Origin: an uncultured Christensenella sp.
GTDB lineage: Bacteria; Bacillota; Clostridia; Christensenellales; UBA1242
Length of the DNA: 56,592 nt
Direction of reading: 5' to 3'
NCBI GenBank assembly: GCA_905207515.1
Contig: CAJLLK010000002.1
Span: 1-56,592 of the forward strand
The notes beneath the pieces are model-generated. The model ran no database searches. It was not told the DNA's origin and saw only the letters and a program-made list of their open reading frames with translations. Position numbers and translations under genes: made by a program. Positions 34,509 to 46,900 of this stretch are shown here, in pieces; the first letter of the stretch is position 1; each line of letters opens with the position of its first letter.

Positions 34509-37093
34509 ATTTTTTTCTCAATCAATTTGTAAAGTTCACCGATAAAAATTATTGAAACCGACAAGCCCAAAACCACAAGCCAACAATATATGTCCAAACT
34601 TTCAAGCTGCAGCAGTTTTCCAAAGCCTGTGAACGCCATCAGAAGAAGCATTCCAAAGCCGACCAACAGCGACATGTTGAAAAACTTGTTTTTGAATGGA
34701 TTGGTTTTGAAGCAACACTCTTTTGTTCTTGCTGTGAACATATAAAACAGTTGTATCAAGTTTAAGGTGTAAAACGCCATTGTGATTGCAATCGGCTCGC
34801 TATATAAGAAAAGCCCAAAGAAATAGGCGCCCATGGTCAACGCAGTTTGAACAGCCCCCAAAATCAAAATGCTCAAGCCAAAGCCATTTGAAAACAGCCC
34901 ATCTTTTTTCTTTCGTGGCTTTTCAAGCATAACTTTTTTTTCGGCTGGTTCCACGCCGAGTGCAATTGCAGGCAGTGAGTCAGTGATCAAATTTACAAAC
35001 AAAATTTGCACTGGAAGCAAAAATGTTATGCCCGGGAAGAGAATTGTAATAAAGAAAAGTGCCAAAATTTCCGCCATGTTTGCAGAAAAAAGATATTTTA
35101 TCGTCTTTTGAATGTTGGAATAAATCTTTCTGCCTTCTTCCACGGCAACAATGATTGTCGCAAAATTGTCGTCAGTGATGATGATGTCTGAAACATCTTT
35201 TGTGACATCCGTTCCGGTCTTTCCCATGCCAATGCCGATGTCCGCTTTCTTCAAACTTGGAGCATCATTGACGCCGTCACCTGTCATCGCCACATTGTGA
35301 CCGTTTTGTTTGAGAGCTTCCACAATGCGCGCCTTGTGCGTTGGATTGACCCGCGCAAAAACATTTTTGCTTTCCACAATTTTTGCAAATTCTTCATCTG
35401 AAAGCAAGTCGATTTCTTCGCCAGAAATGATTTGACTTTCATGTTTTGCAATGCCCACTTTTTTTGCAATGGCAAACGCTGTGTCTTTGTAATCTCCCGT
35501 GATCATAATCGGTCTCATGCCCGCTTTTTTGCATTTTTTGACAGCATCTTCAATTTCTGGTCTTGGTGGGTCTTGCAGTCCACACATTCCTAAAAAGACA
35601 AAATCTTCTTCAACTATTGAATTTGAGTCATTTTGTTTGCAAGCAAAGCTGATAACTCTTAAAGCATTGTCGCACATTTTTTTGTTTTGAGATAAGATTT
35701 GTGATTTTGTGATTTCGTCAAGCGGCATAGCTCCATGGTCTGTCAAATAGAACTTGCATTTTTTCAACACTCTGTCGAGCGCACCTTTCATGAAGCAAAT
35801 CTTTTTGCCGTCAACTTCATTCAATGTGCTCATCATCTTGCGCTGAGAATTGAAAGAAATTTCATCCAATCGTGCATATTTTTTGTCGCACTCAGTTTTG
35901 TTGGCGCCATTTGTTTCAGCAAAATTTAGAAGCGCCACTTCAGTTGACCCGCCGACATAACCCTTTTCACCCAAAACGGCATCGTTGCACAACACCATTG
36001 ATTTCAAAAAAAAGTCATATTCTGCACTGTTTTTCTTAAAAAAAGTGAATTCTTTTTCCACTTTCATCTTGTTTTGTGTGATTGTGCCAGTTTTGTCAGA
36101 ACAAATGATGTCGCAAGCGCCCAGCGTTTCAACTGCATGCATACGTTTGACAATCGCTTTTTGTTTGGAAAGCTTGGCAATGCCTAAACTCATGATGATT
36201 GTTATCACAGCTGGCATGCTCTCTGGAATTGCCGCAACCGAAATCGCCACAGCGGTCAAAAACGCTTGCAAAATTTCATTTGGATTGCAGATGACTTCTA
36301 AAACAAAAGTCACAGTTGCCATAAGCAAAATCAGATAAGTCAAAACCTTGCCGACTTCTTGAATGTTTTTTTGAAGCGGAGTGAGTTCTTTTTTCGTTTC
36401 TTTCAAACTTTCAGCAATTTTTCCGATTTCGCTTTCTTTTCCGATGGAAACGACAACGCCTTTGGCATGTCCATTTTCGACAATGCTGCTTGCGTAAGCC
36501 ATGTTTTTTCTGTCGGCAAGCGGAATATCTTTGTCATAGACCACATCAGCAAACTTTTCGACAGGTTCACTCTCTCCCGTCAGCGACGACTCGTTTATTT
36601 TGATGTTTGAAGTCTCAATAAGACGCAAATCAGCTGGAACAATGCTGCCAGCTTCCAAACAGACGATATCTCCAAGCACCAAATCAGTTGTTTTGATTTT
36701 ATAAACCTTTCCTTCTCGTAAAACGAGCGTCTCAGGCTGCGTCATGTTTTTCAAACTTTCAATCGCTTTTTCGCTCTTTCGCTCTTGAAAAACACCAAAA
36801 AGTGCGTTCATGACAACAATCCCAAGAATGATTGTGCCGTCAATGATTTCGCTGCTAGAATTTTCCACAACGCCGATGACAACTGAAATAATTCCAGAAA
36901 TCAGCAAAATCAAAACCATAAGCTCTTTGATTTGAGCAAAAAATTTGGAAATAAATGATTGTTTTTTGGCATTTTTTATCAAGAGCTTTTGGCTCTGTGG
37001 CAAGCGCGTTTCCACTTCAACAGTTGAAAGACCGTTGAAATCTGAATTGAAGTCTTGCAAACTCTCATTTATGGATTTTTTGTATTGTTCCAC
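34493..37093 (-). CDS. P-type Ca2+-transporting ATPase (P2-type, YloB/SERCA-like)
   Basis: 866 aa. TGES, DKTGTITQNKM, MITGDYKDTA and TGDGVNDAPSLKKADIGI motifs, with 10 TM segments. GTG start preceded by AGGAG. Confidence 0.9.
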   Translation of the reverse strand: MEQYKKSINESLQDFNSDFNGLSTVEVETRLPQSQKLLIKNAKKQSFISKFFAQIKELMVLILLISGIISVVIGVVENSSSEIIDGTIILGIVVMNALFGVFQERKSEKAIESLKNMTQPETLVLREGKVYKIKTTDLVLGDIVCLEAGSIVPADLRLIETSNIKINESSLTGESEPVEKFADVVYDKDIPLADRKNMAYASSIVENGHAKGVVVSIGKESEIGKIAESLKETKKELTPLQKNIQEVGKVLTYLILLMATVTFVLEVICNPNEILQAFLTAVAISVAAIPESMPAVITIIMSLGIAKLSKQKAIVKRMHAVETLGACDIICSDKTGTITQNKMKVEKEFTFFKKNSAEYDFFLKSMVLCNDAVLGEKGYVGGSTEVALLNFAETNGANKTECDKKYARLDEISFNSQRKMMSTLNEVDGKKICFMKGALDRVLKKCKFYLTDHGAMPLDEITKSQILSQNKKMCDNALRVISFACKQNDSNSIVEEDFVFLGMCGLQDPPRPEIEDAVKKCKKAGMRPIMITGDYKDTAFAIAKKVGIAKHESQIISGEEIDLLSDEEFAKIVESKNVFARVNPTHKARIVEALKQNGHNVAMTGDGVNDAPSLKKADIGIGMGKTGTDVTKDVSDIIITDDNFATIIVAVEEGRKIYSNIQKTIKYLFSANMAEILALFFITILFPGITFLLPVQILFVNLITDSLPAIALGVEPAEKKVMLEKPRKKKDGLFSNGFGLSILILGAVQTALTMGAYFFGLFLYSEPIAITMAFYTLNLIQLFYMFTARTKECCFKTNPFKNKFFNMSLLVGFGMLLLMAFTGFGKLLQLESLDIYCWLVVLGLSVSIIFIGELYKLIEKKIKHQK

Positions 37094-37156
37094 ATTTTAC
37101 TCCTGCCCTATCTTACGAACAGAAGTCGAGCGATTATTCCACTTCGACATTTTTTT

Positions 37157-37918
37157 CTACAAAACAAACGCCGACACAACAGCCGCAACAATCAAATAAA
37201 GTGAAAACCACTTCAAGCTTGATTTTTTAGTCAGTTTTATCATGACTTTTATGGCAAAAATGCCCACCAAAAATGCGGTTATAAACGAAACCGCCATAGC
37301 CAATGCGTCAATTTGAATGACAAGCGAACCTGTTGCAAGCTCAAAAATTTCCATAAGCATAGACAAAATTATGATTGGAATGCTCATCAAAAAAGAAAAT
37401 TTTGCCACTTCCGATTTGTTTTTCCCATTCAAAAGCCCAGCGCTGATTGTGGCTCCAGAGCGAGAAATCCCCGGAAAAACTGCCAGTCCTTGAGCTATTC
37501 CCATGAAAATCGCTGCCTTATAATCCAAATGTCCTTGCGGTTTTTTCTGAGATTTAAGTTCTGCAAAAAACAAAAGAAACGCTGTCACTCCAAAACACAC
37601 CGTCAAAAGCCCGCCAGCAAAACTTTGTTTGACAAGCGGCATCAAAATCAAAACAATGATGCAGGTCGGAATGGTCGCCACAACAAGCATCATGGTCTCT
37701 TTTGAAAACGGATGCCTTATCATCTGCCAAATGTCTCGATAAAACACCACAACGATTGAGAGCAGAGTTGCCACATGCAAAAGAATGCTTATAAACAAAC
37801 TTTCTTCCACGCCAAGAATTTTTGAAAACAACACCAGATGCCCAGAAGATGAAACTGGCAAAAATTCTGTCAACCCTTGAATAAGTCCCAAAAAAAATAA
37901 AGCAAGGATGTTTTGCAT
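37157..37918 (-). CDS. uppP: Undecaprenyl-diphosphate phosphatase
   Basis: 253 aa. GLTEFLPVSSSGHL and PGISRSG motifs. RBS AAGGAG. It lies 53 nt downstream of the giant gene, with no terminator between. Confidence 0.93.
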   Translation of the reverse strand: MQNILALFFLGLIQGLTEFLPVSSSGHLVLFSKILGVEESLFISILLHVATLLSIVVVFYRDIWQMIRHPFSKETMMLVVATIPTCIIVLILMPLVKQSFAGGLLTVCFGVTAFLLFFAELKSQKKPQGHLDYKAAIFMGIAQGLAVFPGISRSGATISAGLLNGKNKSEVAKFSFLMSIPIIILSMLMEIFELATGSLVIQIDALAMAVSFITAFLVGIFAIKVMIKLTKKSSLKWFSLYLIVAAVVSAFVL

Positions 37919-37971
37919 TTTTATCTCCTTGCTTTATTATATTGTTCTTTTTGGCAAAATATTTGGACAAA

Positions 37972-40900
37972 CTATTTTTTCGCCAATTCTTCGCGGCGTT
38001 TTTTCTTCTTTTTGTTTGTGTAAATAAGCACAATCAAAAGCACAATCACAACAATCAAAATTGCCACAATCAGATAGACATACCACAAGTTGTCAGTTGA
38101 ATTTGTAAACTGTGCGTAAGCGCCGATAACTCCAAACAGACCGTTATATGAAACCATGTCGTAAGTGTAGGCATTGTGCACTTCAAAAATTCTGTGTCCG
38201 TTGAAATTGAACCTGCCGTTGAAAGCATTTTCGGTTGTTCCGATTGGTGTCCAGAAAAAGTTTTGCAGGTCTATATCATTTGCAAGCACATAGTTGGCAT
38301 CTTTATAATAAGTGCCTGCACTGTTTCTTTCGCCTGAATTGACAAACTTCATCATCAATGTAAGGTCTTCCTGAGTGCTGATGATATAAGGGTTTCGTGA
38401 TGTTCCGCCGCCTTCCAATTCGGTCGTTTGAAGATTTTGTTCTTCCCAGAACTCTCTCTCATATTCAATCGACATCTGAACTGTGCCAACAATGTTTTGT
38501 TCTTCCAAGAAATCTCTTGGCAAAATCAAATTTCCACTTTCGTCCACAAATTGCAAGATGTTTTCAAAGGTGTTTCCATAATTTCTTAAAGTTATGCTTG
38601 AAATGGCATATCTCAAATTTGTGACAAGCTGAATTGTTATGTCAATTCCATAAGCACTTGTCACAACATTTGTTCGGTTGCCGTTGAAAACAACATAACC
38701 CGCAAGTTCTTCGTTGTTTCCGTCAAGCGCATTTGAAACAATTTGAGATTCTTCAAAGGCTTTTGAAACATAGATTGACAAAACTTCATCTTCAAAAGTT
38801 GGAATGATGTCCAAAGTTTGCCCAGCGCAGTCCGCCGAAACAATCATTTCGAAATAATAATAATTTGAAGAATATTCCACAAATGTGATGTCGTCGCGGT
38901 TCCAAGTCACGCCAAAGCCATAGTCAACAGACATGATAAATGTCACTCGGTCGCCGACTTTGATTGCTCCTGTCTGATTTGCATCGCCTGGTGTTTGAAG
39001 CACTGTTTTGATAAAGTCATCTCCACTGAAACTGCCCATGCGAAGAGTGTTGTACCTTCCGTTTCGCGAAACAATTTCAAGCGTCAAAATCTGACCGAAA
39101 GTTGGGTCATAATCTTCAAAGTTGAACACCGCCACTTGACCTTGAACATACATAACCAAATTTATGCTTGAGTTTGCTGTCAACGTCATTGAAGAGTTGA
39201 AGGTCACTTGACCTGTTGAAACATTTCGCCAATACAAAAATGTGTAGCCCTCAGCAGGATGTGCCTGAATTGTAAATTCTTTTGTCGTGTCAACATAGCC
39301 TTGACTTATCAGATCTGCCGCCTGATTGTCTTCGGTTTCTTGAATGATTGTGTAAGTTCCGTCACCGCCATTTACGCTGACGTCAACTTTGGCAAAATAT
39401 ACAATTCGAATGTTGCACTCTACAATTTGGTCAAACTCGTTTGTCGACCACGGCAAATTGTTGTTGTAAGCCACAACATCTGTCAGCCAAACGCCTTGAG
39501 CGGTTCTCTGGCTGATGACAAACTTATAGAATGTATAGCCATTAAATTCTGGAGCTACAAGCGTGACATTTGTGTTGAACGAAACTTCAATGTAAAGTGG
39601 TGCTGTGCCGTAGAACCAAGAATTTGTGTAATCCACACCAGTCACAACATCTTGAGCTGTGTAATTTGCGTTGATGTTTGGCTCAAAGCTGATGTTTATT
39701 CTGGTCTTCCAATATGACCAATAGATATAAAGTGAAATTGTGATTTCGCCAGTCTCTGGGTCGAGTGCGGCGTTTTCAGTCAGTTCATATCTTGAAGTCT
39801 GAGTGTTTAAAGCATAGCCGTTTTCTTGCCAAGCGTTGATCGCTCCACCTTCGGAGTTGATGTATTGCACTCCCGCACCATTTTGACTTGTGAAATAGCC
39901 CGCAAAATAGTGTTCTGCTTTTGGAATTACAACATTCAATCGTCCGTTTGCGTAAGAAATTCGGTCGTCCAAAATTTCAATGTTTGCGCTGTTGTTTTGT
40001 GAGAGATTTAAAAGCGAATCAAATTCAACGTTTTTGATGATAGCAAGCGTCGTGGCATCTTCCATAAGTTTGACATTATATTTTGTCGGTGTGACCACAA
40101 CTTGAATGGCGTTTGTTCCCAAATAGCCGCCCACACTGAATGTTATCATGGCTGTGTAGCCCGTGTTTAAAAGCGAAAGTGAATGATAGGTTATGTCGCC
40201 AACAATCAAATTGTTTTCGTCGATAATCGTCAAGGTCAACGGATCAATGTTGTAGCCCGCTCTGATGAACGCTGTCACTTCAAATTCGCTGTCGGTGTAA
40301 GCCGAAACCAAAACAGATGAATATTCTCGACCAGAAGTCCAAATTTTTCTGCTATTTTCTTCGGAAATATTGAAAGTGAAAGCCCCGCCGTCAACTATTG
40401 CACCATTGTTTGTAAATGAAATGTCAATCAGATTGAGTTGCGGTCTGAAAAGCACTTCAATTTCAAGCTCATCTTGCCCGCCGACAAAGCCGCTGATTTG
40501 ATAGATGGCATATTCGTTTGAAACTTCAACTTGCGTAAGCTCAACATCTGGGCGATTTGCCACAAGACTATAAAATCTATAGCCAGACTTTCGCGCTTCC
40601 ACTCTCAGATAGAAGCTGTCATTTGTGTAAGCCACAACTGTAAAGTTTTTGTTGCTCAAAAGCGCACCGCTTGCGAAAGAATTGTCAGAATAGTGCACTC
40701 TTGTGCCTTCAAGATAGCCAAATTGATTCACCGTTGAGCCATCTTGCGCCTGCATTTGCATCCAGCCGACGTCAACATCTTCTTCTCTGACACCGTCAAT
40801 GTCGATTTTGGTTTCGAAGTTTATCGAGATGTTGTAAGCTTCCACAATCATGAAAAGTGTGGAAGAATTTGGCATGCTAACCAAATCAGAACTTGAAATT

Positions 40901-43900
40901 CTGACATCAACTCTTTGTCCAGACATTGGATTTGTCTGCAAAACGACAACTTCATCGCCATTTCTATACCCATAGCCATAATATCTGAAGCCGTCTGGCA
41001 CCTGGAAAGTTATCGTTTTGCTTGCGCCAAAGTAAAGCTCAATTCCGCTGATTTCTGTATCTCCGTCAAAATAGTGCCCTGTGATTTCGCTGTAAATCGT
41101 TTGAACTCTGTCTGGTTCGCCATATTCATTTCCGACCGTATAATAATTCAGCGTGCCAAGTGAGATATTATATCTTGATTTTGAGAAAATGGCGTAAATT
41201 GTTGCGTCGTCTTCGACTGTGTAAGAATAATCTTGGCTGCTGTCAAAGATGCTTGAGCCATCAGTGCTCCAGCCCGCAAAGCTGTAAGTGCTTTCCATTT
41301 CATAATGCAAAGTCACTGTGCTTCCAAAGTTGGCTTCAACTTGGCTTCCACCACTCACTGTGGCGATGTTTTCTGGAACGTTGACCTGTTCTTGTGCTTC
41401 GTTGTAAGAAATCACTTCAACTCTAATCGTAAACTTCGCCAAAAGTGTTTGAAGAGTGAGCGAACTGTCAGCCGAAACATTTGAAATTGAAACAGTGTAT
41501 GTTCCATCACCGCCTAAAATTGAAACGGCCAAATTGTCGTCGTTTGTGAAGTTTGTTGTGTCAAGTTCATAGCCATGATTCATTGTGACAGTCACTTCAA
41601 GTGTCGAGCCTGTCGCCACAGAAAGTGTGGTCTCTTCCGAAATGTTTGGATAAGTTATTCCACCCGCTTCCAAACTGGAAATTCTGTCATAATGGTCAAA
41701 GCCAAGGCTGACGGTGTTTTGTCTTGCAGTTGATGTGAAAGTTATTAAAAGATCTTTGCTTATGCCTTCAATTTCAATCGCTGTCAAATAGCCGTCATCG
41801 TCCAAAATTTTGTTTATAGTCAAGCCTGTTTCGTCATTAAAAATGACATCGGATGAAATGTGATAGCCGTCTTGCGCTGTGACGTCAATTCTTATCTTTC
41901 TTCCTGTGGCAATTTCAAATGGATTGCCTAAAAGTTCGGTCTCTTCGCCGTTTGTGATGTCAAAAACAGAAAATTCTTTCAAATCGCCACTGATTGTCAC
42001 AGAATTTGTGTTTGCTTCAATCGGCAAAGTGAAGTCAACGTCTTCGCCAGGCATTGTCAAAGTCACTGAAACTGTTCCGTCGCCGTCGTCGTCAGAAACC
42101 GCGAAATAAGCTTCCCAGCCGTCAAGCGAAACTCTGTAACCAGCATTCGGAGCGACATCAAATGTGATGATCGTTCCAAAAAGTTGGTCGTCAGCTGTGT
42201 AAACGCCGTCTGAAGAGTTGAAAGTGATTGAAGCGTTTGAAATAGTGGCGTTTTGTGCCGTCAAACGCAGCCCAAAGCTTGCCAAATTCCATTTTGCGTA
42301 AATGTTTTGCTCTTCTGTTGAGTTCATGGTGGTGGTTCCAGAAACTTGAGTTCCCCAATCGTCGTTGTCAGAGCCGTCACTCGTCCACCAACCGTCAAAA
42401 TCATAGCCCGTGCGCGTTGGATTTTCTTCCCACCCAATCGCCTGAGCGAAGCTGCTGCCATAAGGAACATAAATCGTGGTCACTTTTTCTGCGTCATCTT
42501 CTTGATAGCCATAATACAAGTTCACGCGAATGCCCTGCGCTTCAAAGGTCGGCGTCAATGTCAAAGTGATTGAATTTCCGCTCAGCGAACCAAGCAAAGA
42601 CGAGATTGAGGTCGTGCCAAAATCTTCTTGAGAAACTGTTGTTGAACCAGACGAACCATTTTGCACTCGCCATTCTGCCAAAAACTCTGTCAAATTGTGT
42701 CCAGTTTTTGAAATGGCAAATTCTTCGCCGCTTAAAAGCAAATCAGCCAAGTTCATATAGTTTGTCTGCCAAACATAAGAACCGTTTTGATAGACAAAAT
42801 TTGTCGGAATCGTCAAATCGTCACTTGGCTCAACATTCATGACCACATCGACGTGTTGAACTTCAAATCTCGCGTAGATGACATAGTTTTGATTTAAATT
42901 TGAAATTGTCATTTGGTTTCCGTTGATTACAACCGAGCCAGATGTGGTGTAAATGCTTCCACTGCCGTCATAGAAGCCCAAGAAATAGCAGTGAGCGTTT
43001 GACTCCGCCTGCAAGGTTATTGTTGAGCCATAGTCAAACTGCCCAAGGAAAGCTTCAGTGATTTCTTGCGTTTCGTTGATTGTCACTTTGCCATATTCAG
43101 CTGGTTGATTGTTGTTGTCAACAATGTAAACCTGAATTGATTGTTGAAGTGTCGTCCAGTTTGGCGTGAACGTCACTTGAAGATTGTCGTTTTCTCTGAA
43201 ATAAAGCCCAAACAAGTTTTCTGTGTCGTCGTTTATGAGAGCGTTCAAAAGGTTGACGGTTCTCTCGTTGTTTCCGACTGTGATTGAATAAATTCCGTCT
43301 TGATAGGCGCTTTCAAAATTGATTGCTGCCTTTGCGTTTTCAAGGAAAAGATACTCGGCAGAGCCTTCGCTGACTGCAAAATCCATCGTCCAGTGAGAGA
43401 AGCTTTGACCGACCTGCTGCCCTGGCTTTGCCATCAAACTTGTCGGGAAGTTTCGCGTGGAGGTTGTTCCAGTTGAGTTTGAAGTCAAGTCAGACGAAAC
43501 AAACGGGAAGTTGAGCTGAGAAATCTGTGTCAAACCTGCTCTTTCGACGTTGGACTCCCAAACATCTGTGTCATAATCAAAGACAAGCTCGACATTTATC
43601 GCTTCGATAACACCATACATCCACGGCGAAATTGTGTAGTTTGCGCTGTCGTTTCCGCTCAAAGTGAAATCAACCTGAATTGACTGACCAAGTGTGGCTT
43701 GTGCGTAGTTTGCCGAAGCAACCGAAACATTGTCGCCACCAAGCGTTCCTGAAACGTTGAACAGAAGCTCGTTTTGTTCGTCAAAAATTGTCACGGCTTG
43801 GCTTGCGTCATAAGTTTTTGTGAAAACATCTCTCAAAGGAATGTCTTTTTGTGAAATTGTCAAAGCTTTTGCTGCCACATAAACTCTGGCTGCAGAATAA

Positions 43901-46900
43901 TCGTCAGCTTCAACATTGTTTACAACATATTTTGAAATGACAAAATCATTTGCTATGAAAGTCAAAGCCATTGAATATTCGCCCACTGGCAAATTCCCGC
44001 TTCCAGACATTGTGACGCCAGTTGTGTCAACATTGAGCTCGATGACCATTGATTGCGTGTAAGCATCCAAATTTATGCCAGTGTCTGAAATGTAGCTGAA
44101 TTCAAGATCAATCTCGTCGCCATAAGTGAAATTTTGAGATTGAATGTAAATTGTCAGCCCAGCGCGGTCGATTGCACCTGTGAGAGTAGTGTCTCCACCT
44201 TGCAACTGAAGATTTAAGTGATAGTTATCCACATTGTCTCCACGCAAAGTGGCTTGAAGTGTGTAGCCTGTTCCCGCATATCTAGCAATTTGATCATCTT
44301 CGGTCATAAAACTCAAATCCAAGCCCAAAATGTCTCCGTCCCCAACGCCTGTCAAAATTGCACTGGCATCTTCAAATGAGAATGTTGCATCTTGATTGTC
44401 AAACGTCTTTTTCAAAATGGCATTGCCGGTCGACTGGCTGATTTCCACCGTCAAATTGTCAAGCGTGCCTTCTTTGAAATAGATTTGTTTTGCGGTGATG
44501 TTCAAGATAAAGTTGTATGCTTGATTGAGTTTGCCAAGTCGAACTTCGTTTGTCGAAGATGAAGCATTGTTTGCGTAGATATAATAAGTTCCCACATCTC
44601 TTCCATAGTTCATGAAGAACACGTTTGCGGTCAGATTTTCGACTTGAATGTCAGATTTTGTGTATTTTTCTCCGTCGTAAGTGTAAGCGTTCAAAGCAAA
44701 GCTTCTTCGAGCGGTCGAATTGATCGAACTGGTCAAAACAAGCGAGTTTTGTCCATTTGCTGAAGAAACGCTGATTGTGTCATACAAGAAGCCGTCATAT
44801 TCAAACGAAATTGTCATGCCCTCGCTGTCTGTGGAAAGCTCATCTTTGTCGCTGGCAAGCATATAAAGAATGTCTTGCGCTTTGATAATTCTGAAGAACC
44901 CAGCTGGGCTGTTGTCAGTCACACTGACTGAATAATTTGTGTCAGTTGTCGTGCCAGACAGCACTTGATAATAACCCACTTCACTGCCAGTTTCTCTTGT
45001 CAGAGTAAGCGAAATTTCTTCATAGAGCGGCGTGGTGTAATTATAATCAAATGTGTTTGAAAGTGCATCTTCCGAACCATGTTCAACAGCAAAAATGCCA
45101 TCTTCGCTGAAAACAATGTTCAAATTGTAAGCCAAAACTTCGATATCAGTTGCATCAAAATTTAAGTTGAAATTTGCAGAAATTGAATTTTCTTCGTCAA
45201 GCGAAACCGAATAGCTTCCAGCATACAGATAAGAATTTCCTGAAAATTCAAGCTCTGTGCCGTCCGCTTTTGCAATGCTGAACGCAATCACATATTGCGT
45301 CTGATAAATTGTTGTGCTTGAAGAAATCTCAAACGGAAGAGCCAAATCGTTTCTGATTTCGCCATAAACAAACTCGGTTTTGGTCAAAGTTATTGTGGCA
45401 TCTGCCTTGCTGATTGAACCAGTCGAAGGAGCGTTGGTCAAGCGATAATTTCCGCTGTCTGCGCCCTGCAAGAAGAGCGAAACTGCAATATCTTCGCCCG
45501 CATTTAAACTTTCGTATCTTGCCAAAACTGAAACATTGTCGCCGTCAATCATTCCAGAAAGGTTTGTGATGACTTGCGTCGACGAGCCGTCGTAAGTTTT
45601 TGTGACCGCAAAATTTTGCAAGTTAATTTCAACGGCGTTTATGACAAAATTGTAAGTTTCATAGAAAACAACATTGGCATATTCACTTCCTGAAAGTGTG
45701 GCATTCAACGACAATCTGTAAGTGCCAGCATTTTCCATTGTGCCTGCCGTGCTTGTGAAGAAAATTGATGTGAAAGTCAAACCGCTTGCATCGACACTTT
45801 CTTCGCCAGTGTCAGTTCTTCGATAAAAACTGAATGTGCTTGACAAAGTTGTTTGCATTGAAGAATTTGAAATTGTCAAGCCGTCTTTTGTCGCACTGAA
45901 AACAAATTCTTGAGAGTTGTAATTCTGCGTCAAAATGCTCGTGTCATCAATTCTTACATATAAAATTTCGTTTGAAGCCGTCACTTCAAAAGCACGAGAG
46001 TTTTCAGCCAAAGTGACAGTCACACTGTCGCTAAGGAATGAATTCTCTTTAAGCGTAAGTTCATAGAAGCCAGCCGATGCCTGCGTGCCTGATATCAAAC
46101 CTGTTGGAACAAATTCCAAAACAATCTGGTCGCCAGTGTTTGGAACTGTAAGCGTTTCAGAATAACTTTCTGCAACCGTGTCGCTCTCTGAAATGACAAT
46201 ATAGCCTTGCGACAGTGTTTTTGTGATGTTGAGAGGTGTCACAGAAAACTCTGGCAAAACCAATGTCATGTCAAAATCTTGGAAGGAGCTTTCAGCAACA
46301 AACTTATAGTCTCCAACATAGAGATAGCCATTGCTGTTTGAAGAAACATCTGCACCAGCAGCAGTTTGAAGCGAATACTCAATCGAATAATAGCCATTGA
46401 AAAGCAGCGACGAAACATCTCTTCCGCCCGACATCACTTGCGTTGTTGAAATCAGGTTTTGGAAGTTGTTTATCGAAACATTTCCATAAACATAGCTTGC
46501 AGCCCCAAGCGAAACAGTGTAAGTCGCCGAAAGTTTTGTGATTGTTCCAGTTGCGTTGGTGGACGAAAGTTGATAATTTGAAAGTATCACGCTTTCGTCT
46601 GTCGCGCGCAGAGAAAGTCCAACGCTGATGTTTTCGCCAGCGTGAATGCTCGCAAATGTGGCTTGAACATAGACGCCATTGAAACTTTCTAAATCAATTT
46701 CTTGACCGTCTAAGTCATAATAAACCGTTGCCGAGCCGTCAAATTCTTTTTCGAAAGTGAAAGCAGAAACATCGACCGTTCTTCTTTCGATTTCAAAGCT
46801 GAAACCTTGTTCAAATTCAATCTGTTGGAAATAAGCGTTGTTTGGATTGAAGATTTGATAGGTGTAAACCGCACAATTTGTCGCTGTTTGATATGGTGTC

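Noticed and set aside
37554-38033. 159-aa minus-strand ORF overlapping uppP and the end of the giant gene
   Set aside because: It is out of frame with two well-supported genes and has no RBS.
37975-38100. LPXTG, PEP-CTERM, GlyGly-CTERM or lipobox sorting signals at the ends of the three giant proteins
   Set aside because: I inspected the residues preceding each C-terminal TM helix (NNPMNAAS, STDPTRTYQ, NSTDNLW) and the signal peptides. No shared or canonical motif is present. FSLC in the giant protein's signal peptide does not fit the lipobox consensus.
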